From NCBI GenBank assembly GCA_045633645.1, contig JAZQYS010000216.1, positions 1 through 36,069 on the forward strand: 36,069 bases of DNA, read 5' to 3'. The stretch comes from Victivallaceae bacterium (GTDB lineage: Bacteria; Verrucomicrobiota; Lentisphaeria; Victivallales; Victivallaceae). The stretch's first letter is position 1, and each line of letters starts with the position of its first letter. The notes beneath the pieces are model-generated. The model was given only the letters and a program-made list of their open reading frames with translations. It was not told the origin of the DNA and did no database searches. Below, one piece after another: positions 8,249 to 16,541 of this stretch. The position numbers and the translations under genes were made by a program.

Positions 8249-10387
8249 ATGAAAATCCAGATATTAAAAAACAACAGTATCAACTATTGTTCCAGACAGA
8301 CATATTTCTCAGAGCGTTTTGAAAACGGACGGCTTTTTTCTGAATACTGGAATGCCTGCGGGCAGGAGTTGAAAATGGTCGAACCGCGCGTTTGGGAAAT
8401 CGGGAAAGACACTTTCCGGCTGAGCATCGGTCCGCATGAAATGGAGGGAAATCTCCGTCTCAAAAGTATGGCCGCAGTGTCCGAAGACCACGCTGTCATT
8501 AAACTGGAACACAATAAACTTCCCATTGCAATCGAGGTCCATACCCTTGTTCCCGATGACGGTTTTCTCGTCCGCTATTTGACTGTCACCAATTGTGGGA
8601 GAAGAGCCTTGCCGATCTACAAAGCAGAGGTATTTTCCGGACAGTTGTGGAAACATCGTGTTGACTTGCATGTCGATGCCAATACCTCTCCATTCCGGGC
8701 TGCTTATACCCACGACTGTTCTTATAAACATGAAGGCGACTTTTATTACACACCTGTTGACTATGGACAGACGATCTGTGACGGAGGACTCCACGGACGC
8801 AGCGGCTGGGGGCGCCCCGCATTCTGGGCCAACGATCTGAGCAACGGGCAGACCTTTGTCTGCGAACTGGCATGGGGAGGAAACTGGCACTTCATCCTGA
8901 ACTGCGAATCAACGGAGATCCAGAACAAAATAAACGGAATGTTCGCCCCGCCGCTGCTCCGGAAGGTTGCGTCTCTCGACTTTCAAATCGGTCTGGCTGG
9001 TGAAGACATCCTGCGCGTATTGGATGCCGGTGAAACCCTGACGACCCCCGAAGTTCATTTCGGAATGTTTCATTGCAATAATGACGAAATTGTCCAGTTG
9101 ACTCACCGTCATGTCCGGGAGCAAATTGTCCCGAAATCACTGGAAGATCAGATAAACGATGTCGAGATATGCCATCGCGGCTATTGGGCAGGTGATGAGA
9201 ATACTGCCGACATTCTGGAAGATATCAAACTGGCCAAAGTAGCCGGCATAGAGTTATATATGATCGACGCCGGTTGGTTCGGGAAGCATCCTTTGCAATG
9301 GTATTCGTCCGCCGGTAATTGGCAGGAGGGCGCCTGGATGAAGGAAGGCGGTGGCTTGCGCACTCTGGCGAAAACCGCCCACTCGCTCGGCATGAAATTC
9401 GGGTTGTGGATCGAAGCGGAGGCTGCGGGCGCAGATACTGAAATCTTTAAAAAGCACCCGGGCTGGCTTCTGCACCGCAATGGAACGCTTCCCGTTGGAA
9501 ATGCGGGGCGGGCATTGGACCTTACTCACCCCGAAGTGTATGAACATGTAAAGAAAATCATCGTCTACTGGATCACGGAACTGAAACTTGATATGTTCCG
9601 GCTGGACCACAACCACTGGATCATGCCCGAACCCAACCGGATGTACCGGGGGTACCGCGAAGGATTGATCTGGCGTTATTATGAGGCGTTTTATCGCATG
9701 ATAACCGAATTGCGCGAGCAGTTCCCCGATGTGATGTTCCAAAACTGCGCCACAGGCGGCGGCCGCCTGGACTGGAAGACCATCTCCCTGTTTCACAACA
9801 GTGAAATTACCGACTGTACAGTGGAACCACAGCAGTTCAAGATCCTCAATGGCGTTACCATGTCCATTCCTCCGGAATTCCTGCTCTCTCGCGTCGGACT
9901 GAAGGAAAAATCCTTCGACATGGACGCCGGAATCTATGATCTGGCACGCGGTATGAGCCGTCTGAATATCCGCGGCATTGCGAAAAAGAAGGAAACTCTC
10001 GGACCTTATTTTGCCGGAGAGTTCTTCCGCGGGCTCCGGGCATACAAAGAAATTTTCCGGAATCTGTTGAAGAATGGGAAACTGTGGCATCACACACCAT
10101 TTTTACCTCTCGACGGAGCGGCGCCATGGTGCGCTTTGGAATGCAGCTCTCCTGATGGTTCCGCTTCTTATGCCGTCATCATGCGTTGCCGTTATGGAGA
10201 AAATGACACGTTCACATTCTATCCCCGCGGCATTGATCCCAATCATACGTGCCGCGTACAACTGCTGGTTACGAAACAGGAGTTTACCATTTCCGGCAGC
10301 GCATTGCTGCAAAACGGCATCCGTGTGACCCTGGATGCCCCCATGATGGCAGAAACGATCGTGTTCAATACAATCAATACCCAATAG
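8249..10387 (+). CDS. glycoside hydrolase family 36 (alpha-galactosidase-like)
   Basis: 712 aa. GH36-like blocks: YMIDAGWFG, LDMFRLDHNH (nucleophile region, cf. KWDMN) and NCATGGGRLDW (cf. CxGGGGR-D acid/base region). Confidence 0.7.
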   Translation: MKIQILKNNSINYCSRQTYFSERFENGRLFSEYWNACGQELKMVEPRVWEIGKDTFRLSIGPHEMEGNLRLKSMAAVSEDHAVIKLEHNKLPIAIEVHTLVPDDGFLVRYLTVTNCGRRALPIYKAEVFSGQLWKHRVDLHVDANTSPFRAAYTHDCSYKHEGDFYYTPVDYGQTICDGGLHGRSGWGRPAFWANDLSNGQTFVCELAWGGNWHFILNCESTEIQNKINGMFAPPLLRKVASLDFQIGLAGEDILRVLDAGETLTTPEVHFGMFHCNNDEIVQLTHRHVREQIVPKSLEDQINDVEICHRGYWAGDENTADILEDIKLAKVAGIELYMIDAGWFGKHPLQWYSSAGNWQEGAWMKEGGGLRTLAKTAHSLGMKFGLWIEAEAAGADTEIFKKHPGWLLHRNGTLPVGNAGRALDLTHPEVYEHVKKIIVYWITELKLDMFRLDHNHWIMPEPNRMYRGYREGLIWRYYEAFYRMITELREQFPDVMFQNCATGGGRLDWKTISLFHNSEITDCTVEPQQFKILNGVTMSIPPEFLLSRVGLKEKSFDMDAGIYDLARGMSRLNIRGIAKKKETLGPYFAGEFFRGLRAYKEIFRNLLKNGKLWHHTPFLPLDGAAPWCALECSSPDGSASYAVIMRCRYGENDTFTFYPRGIDPNHTCRVQLLVTKQEFTISGSALLQNGIRVTLDAPMMAETIVFNTINTQ

Positions 10388-10498
10388 AATTTTCAGAATG
10401 CCGGTCAAGTGGTCGGGAATTCTGTTGATTGATGATGTCTGCATTACGGCTCAGGCATCTGTAAAAATAATTCTGAAGCAGGAAAGTGAAAATATATT

Positions 10499-12583
10499 AT
10501 GAAATTACTGTTTTTTATATGTGCTGTTTTACTGCCGGCAGTTTCATTCGCGGATGATTTGCCTAAACCGGATGTCATTCGTGGATATGGCACAGCTCAG
10601 GGGGAACAGGCGATCTTATACTCCAATGCCTTCGAAAACCGGAATATTCCCGGGATGAAGCTGATGAACGGGTTCAAAATCGTTCCCGGCGAAGGCGCCA
10701 ATGGTACCAGTGCGCTGAAAATTTCGGCAAAAAATCCCAACAAAAAAGATCTCTACTGCATCTTGGAATTGCCTGATATTCCGGTCGGAACCAAAGCAAT
10801 CGTCAGTTTCGATGTCCGCGGAGAGGACATCCAGCTCAATGGAAAACAGCCGCCAAAGGCCTATTTCCCATACGCCGCAGTGGAATTTCGCAGCTTGAAG
10901 ACAGGGAAAATCAGCCGTTTGGGCACATGGACCCGTGTTCCCATTTCCCCGCAATTTGAAAAACGCCAATTCAACTTTACCGCAATGGAGGGATACAAAC
11001 CTTTTCTGGTTTTACGCTTGACTACGAATTGGAGCGGTACAATCTGGTTTGACAATATTTCGGTTACTTCTGCCGGAACCAAAAAATCGGTCTTCCTGAA
11101 TCAGCCGTTCATGCGTTGTTTCAACTTGTCACCTGAGTTCCGGTTGACTGTTTGTGCGGGAGAACTCAAATCTCCTGCGCTCCTTGTCGCCATAGAACAG
11201 AACGGCAGGATATTGGAAGAGTGTGTCATCGGTCCCTCCGCAGACGGCTCATATGAAGGGACTCTGAAAAAAACTTATCCCGATGGTTCGGCAACGATGG
11301 ATATCACCCTGGCTGATATCGCACAGCAAAAGCGTTTGTTTCACAGCCGTATTCCTGTGAATTTCCGGTTCAACGCAAAAGTTCCGGACAATGCAGTCAT
11401 CCCGGATGCTTACGGCCGCCTTCTTGTCAATGGAAAACCGTTTATGCCCATCAAAACCGATGTCTATTTGAGTGCGCATATTGCTCCCCATGGTTCCATG
11501 GAGGAATTCCGCAAGGTCTGTGCCGATCTGAAAGCTTCGGGGTTCAATATGATCTCTGATTCGGAGTTTCTCCGTACTTATAAAGACATCAAGAACTTCT
11601 GCAGTTTTTCAGATAACAAGGCAAATGACCTTCTCGCGGTATTCGATGTCCTGCAGGAATACGGTCTGAAAGGCATGGTTTCCATGGGTATTCTCTATGA
11701 CCACTATCGTTGGCAACCCAAAGATTTTTGCGGCAAAAGAGGCATGCGTGCCATGTCGGCAAAGGTCGTTGAAACATTGAAAAATCATCCGGCTTTATTC
11801 CTGTGGTATATCTGCGATGAATCCCCGGTGGAACAATGGAACGATGTTCTTGCCATGCGCGAAATCTGTCATTCTCTTGACCCCTGGCATCCGACACTGG
11901 CATGTAATTATATCGGGACACTTCTGCCGGAAAATGCACAGTTGGGCGATGTGTTCGGTGTTGACAATTACCCTGTTTCGAATGAAGCAGTATCCGATAT
12001 CTCATCAATCTACAGTATGATGAAGTTAGTCCAGACCAGTAGCGTACCTCTCTGGGGCATCGTTCAGGCCTTCAACTGGGCATATTACTCTCCGGCCAAG
12101 AAAGAAGAATACGGCAAGAGATACACAACTCCGTCCGAGGAAGCTCTGCGCGGCATGACGCTTCTCTACGCTCTGGGCGGAGCCAGGGGGTTTAATTTTT
12201 ACTCTTATCCCAAGACTTGGCATTATCGCAAACAGATGAAAAAATTCGGAGACAAGGATTATTCCGACATCATGTGGAAACGCACCTGCCGGGTCGTGAC
12301 GGATTTGAAAAAAATGGAACCGTATATTCTCGGCAAGGCCGCCATTCAGCCAATCGTTTTCAAGGACAATACGAAGAATATTCTTTACGGGGGGATTTTT
12401 ACTGCCGATGACGGTCGTCAGGCTGTGGCTGTCGTTTCCTCGCAGAATGTCGCAACCGACACGACATTTGAGATACCCGGTAAAGCCGATCTGAAATCCC
12501 TGCATGGCCGGATCCAGAACTTGGGCAACGGGAAATATCGCTGTGTCATGAATCGTATTGATGGTGACATCCTCCTGCCGTAG
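10499..12583 (+). CDS. secreted putative glycoside hydrolase: N-terminal CBM-like beta-sandwich plus TIM-barrel-like domain (family unassigned)
   Basis: Signal peptide MKLLFFICAVLLPAVSFADD. CBM4_9-like ending GTIWFDNISV. Clan GH-A-like blocks NHPALFLWYICDESP and VFGVDNYP. The family call is tentative. Confidence 0.5.
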   Translation: MKLLFFICAVLLPAVSFADDLPKPDVIRGYGTAQGEQAILYSNAFENRNIPGMKLMNGFKIVPGEGANGTSALKISAKNPNKKDLYCILELPDIPVGTKAIVSFDVRGEDIQLNGKQPPKAYFPYAAVEFRSLKTGKISRLGTWTRVPISPQFEKRQFNFTAMEGYKPFLVLRLTTNWSGTIWFDNISVTSAGTKKSVFLNQPFMRCFNLSPEFRLTVCAGELKSPALLVAIEQNGRILEECVIGPSADGSYEGTLKKTYPDGSATMDITLADIAQQKRLFHSRIPVNFRFNAKVPDNAVIPDAYGRLLVNGKPFMPIKTDVYLSAHIAPHGSMEEFRKVCADLKASGFNMISDSEFLRTYKDIKNFCSFSDNKANDLLAVFDVLQEYGLKGMVSMGILYDHYRWQPKDFCGKRGMRAMSAKVVETLKNHPALFLWYICDESPVEQWNDVLAMREICHSLDPWHPTLACNYIGTLLPENAQLGDVFGVDNYPVSNEAVSDISSIYSMMKLVQTSSVPLWGIVQAFNWAYYSPAKKEEYGKRYTTPSEEALRGMTLLYALGGARGFNFYSYPKTWHYRKQMKKFGDKDYSDIMWKRTCRVVTDLKKMEPYILGKAAIQPIVFKDNTKNILYGGIFTADDGRQAVAVVSSQNVATDTTFEIPGKADLKSLHGRIQNLGNGKYRCVMNRIDGDILLP

Positions 12584-12746
12584 AAGATATAAGCCGTAAT
12601 AACCGGGGAACATGGCAGATGTGATATATGCCGTCATAATGGAACAAACCTGAAAAGGTACGGTTTTGAGTAACGGCTGCACATGTGTGAAGTCCCGGTT
12701 TGGCATAGACAGTTGATTGATTTTGAACGGAAAAGAAGGATAAATA

Positions 12747-13676
12747 TTGAGCATGTGGAGTTGTTTTACTGGATTTTTACTGGTTTTTATCGCCGGTTTC
12801 TTCTGGATTGGGATCGGTGTTGCTGTAAGCAAATGTTCCGCGCGGGGGTGGAATTATAATATCGTTCAGGGACTGACCTATTTGGGGTCTGCCATGATTT
12901 GCGCCGTGATCCTGGCCGGTAAAAGTGTCAGTACCGGATCATCGGGAATATCTGGATTTGGATTCCTGATGTGCAGTCTGGGCGGATTTGCTAATTTCTA
13001 TAACTATGTTCTTACTGCAAAAGCTATGCAAAGAGGACCCAATGGACTGGTGTGGGGAATCATGCAGTCAGGACTGGTTGGAACGTTCCTGTTGGGAGTG
13101 ATTTTCTTCGGCGAAAAACCTGCTCCGCTCCGGCTGGCTGGTCTGTTTATGATCATCTGCGGTGTTCTTGTCATGGGGCTGGCAAAAAACAAAAAAAACT
13201 CCGTCCGAATTTCGGAGGGCACATCAAAAAACTGGGTGCTGTTCTCTCTTGGGGCTATGCTGCTTTCCATGGTTACACAATGCTGCAACATTTTGCCTTC
13301 CTATTTTCCGGAAATGGGTGAAAACGGCGCGGTCAGCCGGACTCTGGGAATGTATTTCGGCGGTGTGATCGGTTTCGTACTCACCACGCTGCCGGGAATG
13401 ATCCGCAGTAAAAATTTCGGTGGGGGCGGCGAATGGATTACTTCCGGTATCCTGATTATCACGAACACTTCCGCCAGTCTCTTCTTTTTTTACCGGGGGC
13501 TTGATTTGCTGACCAAAAGCAGCTGCGGCGGATTGGGATATCCTGTTGCAATCGGTGTCTGCGTCATCGGCTTTTCACTTTACAGTCTGTTGGCTTTGAA
13601 AGAAAAATTTTCCCGTCTCAGCCTGACTGGACTTACTGCCGTTTGCTTGGGAATCATTGTCATTTCCCTGAAATAA
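12747..13676 (+). CDS. multi-pass membrane permease, DMT superfamily-like (RhaT/GRP-type sugar transporter-like)
   Basis: ~10 hydrophobic segments in two halves and ~309 aa, located inside a sugar-catabolic operon. The start is TTG 12747 or ATG 12753. Confidence 0.55.
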   Translation: MSMWSCFTGFLLVFIAGFFWIGIGVAVSKCSARGWNYNIVQGLTYLGSAMICAVILAGKSVSTGSSGISGFGFLMCSLGGFANFYNYVLTAKAMQRGPNGLVWGIMQSGLVGTFLLGVIFFGEKPAPLRLAGLFMIICGVLVMGLAKNKKNSVRISEGTSKNWVLFSLGAMLLSMVTQCCNILPSYFPEMGENGAVSRTLGMYFGGVIGFVLTTLPGMIRSKNFGGGGEWITSGILIITNTSASLFFFYRGLDLLTKSSCGGLGYPVAIGVCVIGFSLYSLLALKEKFSRLSLTGLTAVCLGIIVISLK

Positions 13677-13747
13677 TCCTTGAGAGGAACCAGAGATTAC
13701 CGTAAAAACAGCAACTTTTCTTAAAAGTGGAAAAAGGGAAATCCAAT

Positions 13748-14656
13748 ATGATCATTGATGCTCATGCACATATCTATGAATATTGCCGCCCATACGGTCC
13801 GCGTGGTGAAGGCAGAGCAATCGGCGGTGGACTGATCCAATGGCCGAATGGTAAAGTGGAACGCTTTTTTCCGGAACGTTACGGCGACTGCGGATTTACT
13901 GCGGAAACATTGCTCGCCCTGATGCGGGAAAATGCGGTGGACAAGGCTGTGCTTTTGCAGGCATCCAATTACGGTTTTCAAAATGAATATATCGCCGATA
14001 TCCTGAAAAAATATCCTGATAAGTTTGTCGGAGCCTGCGCTTTTGATCCTTATGCAAAACGAGCTCCTGAATTGTTCCGGCATTTTTCAGATGAAATGAA
14101 CTATCGGATCGTAAAATTTGAGATCAGCGAAAGCTGGGGGTTGTCCGGCATCCATCCGGATTTGTCGCTGGATTCACCGCTTTTTAATCCTGTATGGGAA
14201 TGGGCTCAAGAGAAAAATGTTACCGTTGTTGTAGATACAGGGCCCCGCAGCAATATCAACTGGCGTACGGATACCATTGCCAATGTTCTCCGCCGATATC
14301 CGGAATTGCGCTTCGTTGTGGCACATGCGCTTTTCCCTTGCGACGACGGTTTTAATGATACCCGATTGAACATGTTGTCAACAATTGCAGGGAATAATTG
14401 TTATTTTGATATATCTAATATCATCCCTCGCAATGAAACATATCCTTATCCGAACCTGCAGAAGTATTTGCGGCAATTGGTTGATCTTGCCGGAGCTGAT
14501 CATGTAATGTGGGGCAGTGATTTGCCCTGGGCATTGTGCCTTTATGACTACCGTGCATTATATCAATATCTGATCGATGGAAAATCATTTTCTGCGGAAG
14601 AACTCTCCTGGATCCTCGGCAGTACAGCGGAAAATCTTTATTTCAATCAAAAGTGA
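13748..14656 (+). CDS. amidohydrolase family protein (Amidohydro_2 / sugar lactonase-like metal hydrolase)
   Basis: MIIDAHAHIY (HxH metal motif) at the N-terminus, plus VVAHALFP and WGSDLPW. ATG 13748 with AAAGGGAAA upstream is preferred over GTG 13727. Confidence 0.75.
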   Translation: MIIDAHAHIYEYCRPYGPRGEGRAIGGGLIQWPNGKVERFFPERYGDCGFTAETLLALMRENAVDKAVLLQASNYGFQNEYIADILKKYPDKFVGACAFDPYAKRAPELFRHFSDEMNYRIVKFEISESWGLSGIHPDLSLDSPLFNPVWEWAQEKNVTVVVDTGPRSNINWRTDTIANVLRRYPELRFVVAHALFPCDDGFNDTRLNMLSTIAGNNCYFDISNIIPRNETYPYPNLQKYLRQLVDLAGADHVMWGSDLPWALCLYDYRALYQYLIDGKSFSAEELSWILGSTAENLYFNQK

Positions 14657-14745
14657 ATATATGAACATGAATTATTTTCACAGAGGCAATTTCAAAAGAC
14701 ACTCAAAAAGATTGCCTTTCTTACAAACATTATGAGGTGATAATT

Positions 14746-16383
14746 ATGAATTGGGAAACAATTTACCAGAGTTCACTTGCAAAAATTTTTCCGGATCGTG
14801 CTCCGGATGAACCCTGTTTGCGTGAAATTCCGGCATGGGGCGGAGAAAGAGTTCATTTTCAGGCGGTATTCCGTCCTGATTTCAGCTGGGGCAAAGTCAA
14901 AGTTGAAATCGACTCTCCTCTGGCGGATAAGATCCGTCTGCGCACGGCAGAGCTGGTGCCGGTCGATTACCTGCCGCCGGAGTACGATGCCGACAGTGTA
15001 TATCACAAACCGGGAGTTTATCCGGATCTGTTGCGCGATCTTGAAGATAATGCCTTTTCCTCCGTGATCAATCAGTGGCGGAGTATCTGGGTGACGGTGG
15101 ATGTGCCGGAAGATCTTCCTGCCGGAGATTACCCCGTCACGGTCAGATTCAACGTGTTCAACATCGTCACCAAAGAGGATGCTGTCTTTTCCGGTCCTCA
15201 GCTGATACTCCGCATACAGGCAAAAAAACTGCCGCCGCAGACATTGAAAAACACGCACTGGTTCCATTGTGATAGTATTGCGGATTATTACGGAACTGAA
15301 ATGCTCTCTGAAGAACACTGGCGTCTGATCGGAAACTTTATGCATGCAGCTTCAGAGTGCGGAATCAATATGATACTGACTCCGATCGTGACTCCGCCGC
15401 TGGACACAGAAGTCGGCAGTTCCCGTCCGGTGGTTCAGTTGGTGGATATTTTCTGCGACAACGGCAAATGGAGTTTTGATTTTTCCAAACTTGAAAGATG
15501 GTGCAAACTGGCACAGGAAAACGGCATCAGATATTTTGAAGCGGCGCACTTGTTCACTCAGTGGGGCGCAAAATGCACTCCGAAGATCATGGCACGGTGG
15601 AATGGTGTGACAAAGCAGATTTCCGGCTGGGATTTGGCTGCAGATGCACCGGAGTACGAAACATTCCTGAGCGCATTTCTGCCTGCATTGACCGGCTGGA
15701 TCGATGCCAATGGTCTGCATGACCGCTTCTACTTCCACTGCTCGGACGAACCTCACGCAGAGGATTGCGAAATGTACGGCAAAGATTTTGCGCTGCTCCG
15801 GAAGTATTTATCAGGCATGAAGATTTTTGATGCGCTTTCGCGTCCGTCGATTTACGAAGCGACTGGTAAAAAGACCATTCCGGTGGTTTGCGAACACCAT
15901 CTGCACGAGTTTGAAGGGGTTGAGTTGCCGGAACGGTGGACCTATTACTGTTGTGAACCTTTTTCCAATTTCCCCAACCGTTTCATCCATATGCAGTCCT
16001 GGCGAAACCGCATTATTGGCGCATTGCTGTACCGTTACAATATGGAAGGATTCCTGCACTGGGGATTCAACTTCTACTATTCCCGTCTGTGCCGGTTCAA
16101 GGTCAATCCGTACTGCAACACCACAGCGGGCGGATCCTTCCCTGCCGGAGACGGATTTATCGTCTATCCGGGAGAAGGTGGAAAAGTTGAGTTGTCCATA
16201 CGCGCTGAAGTCTTTTATGATGCGCTCCAGGATATGCGCTGTCTGCAGCAGCTTGAAGCGGAATACGGTAGAGAAAAGGTCTGTCAGTTCCTCGACAGCT
16301 ACTCGGCAAATGGAACGTTTTCCATGACCGATTTTACCGTAAATCCGGAATTTTTCAGCGATCTGCGCACTGCCAGTTTGTGA
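14746..16383 (+). CDS. DUF4091 domain-containing putative glycoside hydrolase
   Basis: C-terminal block GDGFIVYPGEGGKVELSIRAEVFYDALQDMRCLQQLE resembles DUF4091. ATG 14746 follows GAGGTGA (14734-14740). The ORF track starts at GTG 14737. Confidence 0.5.
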   Translation: MNWETIYQSSLAKIFPDRAPDEPCLREIPAWGGERVHFQAVFRPDFSWGKVKVEIDSPLADKIRLRTAELVPVDYLPPEYDADSVYHKPGVYPDLLRDLEDNAFSSVINQWRSIWVTVDVPEDLPAGDYPVTVRFNVFNIVTKEDAVFSGPQLILRIQAKKLPPQTLKNTHWFHCDSIADYYGTEMLSEEHWRLIGNFMHAASECGINMILTPIVTPPLDTEVGSSRPVVQLVDIFCDNGKWSFDFSKLERWCKLAQENGIRYFEAAHLFTQWGAKCTPKIMARWNGVTKQISGWDLAADAPEYETFLSAFLPALTGWIDANGLHDRFYFHCSDEPHAEDCEMYGKDFALLRKYLSGMKIFDALSRPSIYEATGKKTIPVVCEHHLHEFEGVELPERWTYYCCEPFSNFPNRFIHMQSWRNRIIGALLYRYNMEGFLHWGFNFYYSRLCRFKVNPYCNTTAGGSFPAGDGFIVYPGEGGKVELSIRAEVFYDALQDMRCLQQLEAEYGREKVCQFLDSYSANGTFSMTDFTVNPEFFSDLRTASL

Positions 16384-16506
16384 AATACCGGTCATATTCA
16401 GTAGCTGACACAGACGCATTTTTTTGCCGAACAGATTCTGAGGCAGACTTATAAGTACAGTCTGTATGAGAGTGTTAAGCCCAATATACAACAGTTTGGT
16501 TATATC

Positions 16507-16519
16507 CAAGCAATAAAAT
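16507..16519 (+). repeat. 13-bp direct repeat CAAGCAATAAAAT, left copy (candidate attL core)
   Basis: Identical to 20373-20385. It lies in the intergenic DNA where the composition drops, 22 nt upstream of the 786-aa gene. Confidence 0.45.
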
Positions 16520-16541
16520 AAACAGAAAAACAGAGGTCGGT

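Noticed and set aside
12026-12832. 268-aa minus-strand ORF spanning the end of the 694-aa hydrolase gene, the intergenic region and the start of the permease gene. Similar cases are 15811-16698, 16758-17414, 9254-10093, 5796-6449 and 8309-8890.
   Set aside because: They are antisense to well-supported plus-strand genes, lack an RBS and have junk-like composition. They are not supported as coding.
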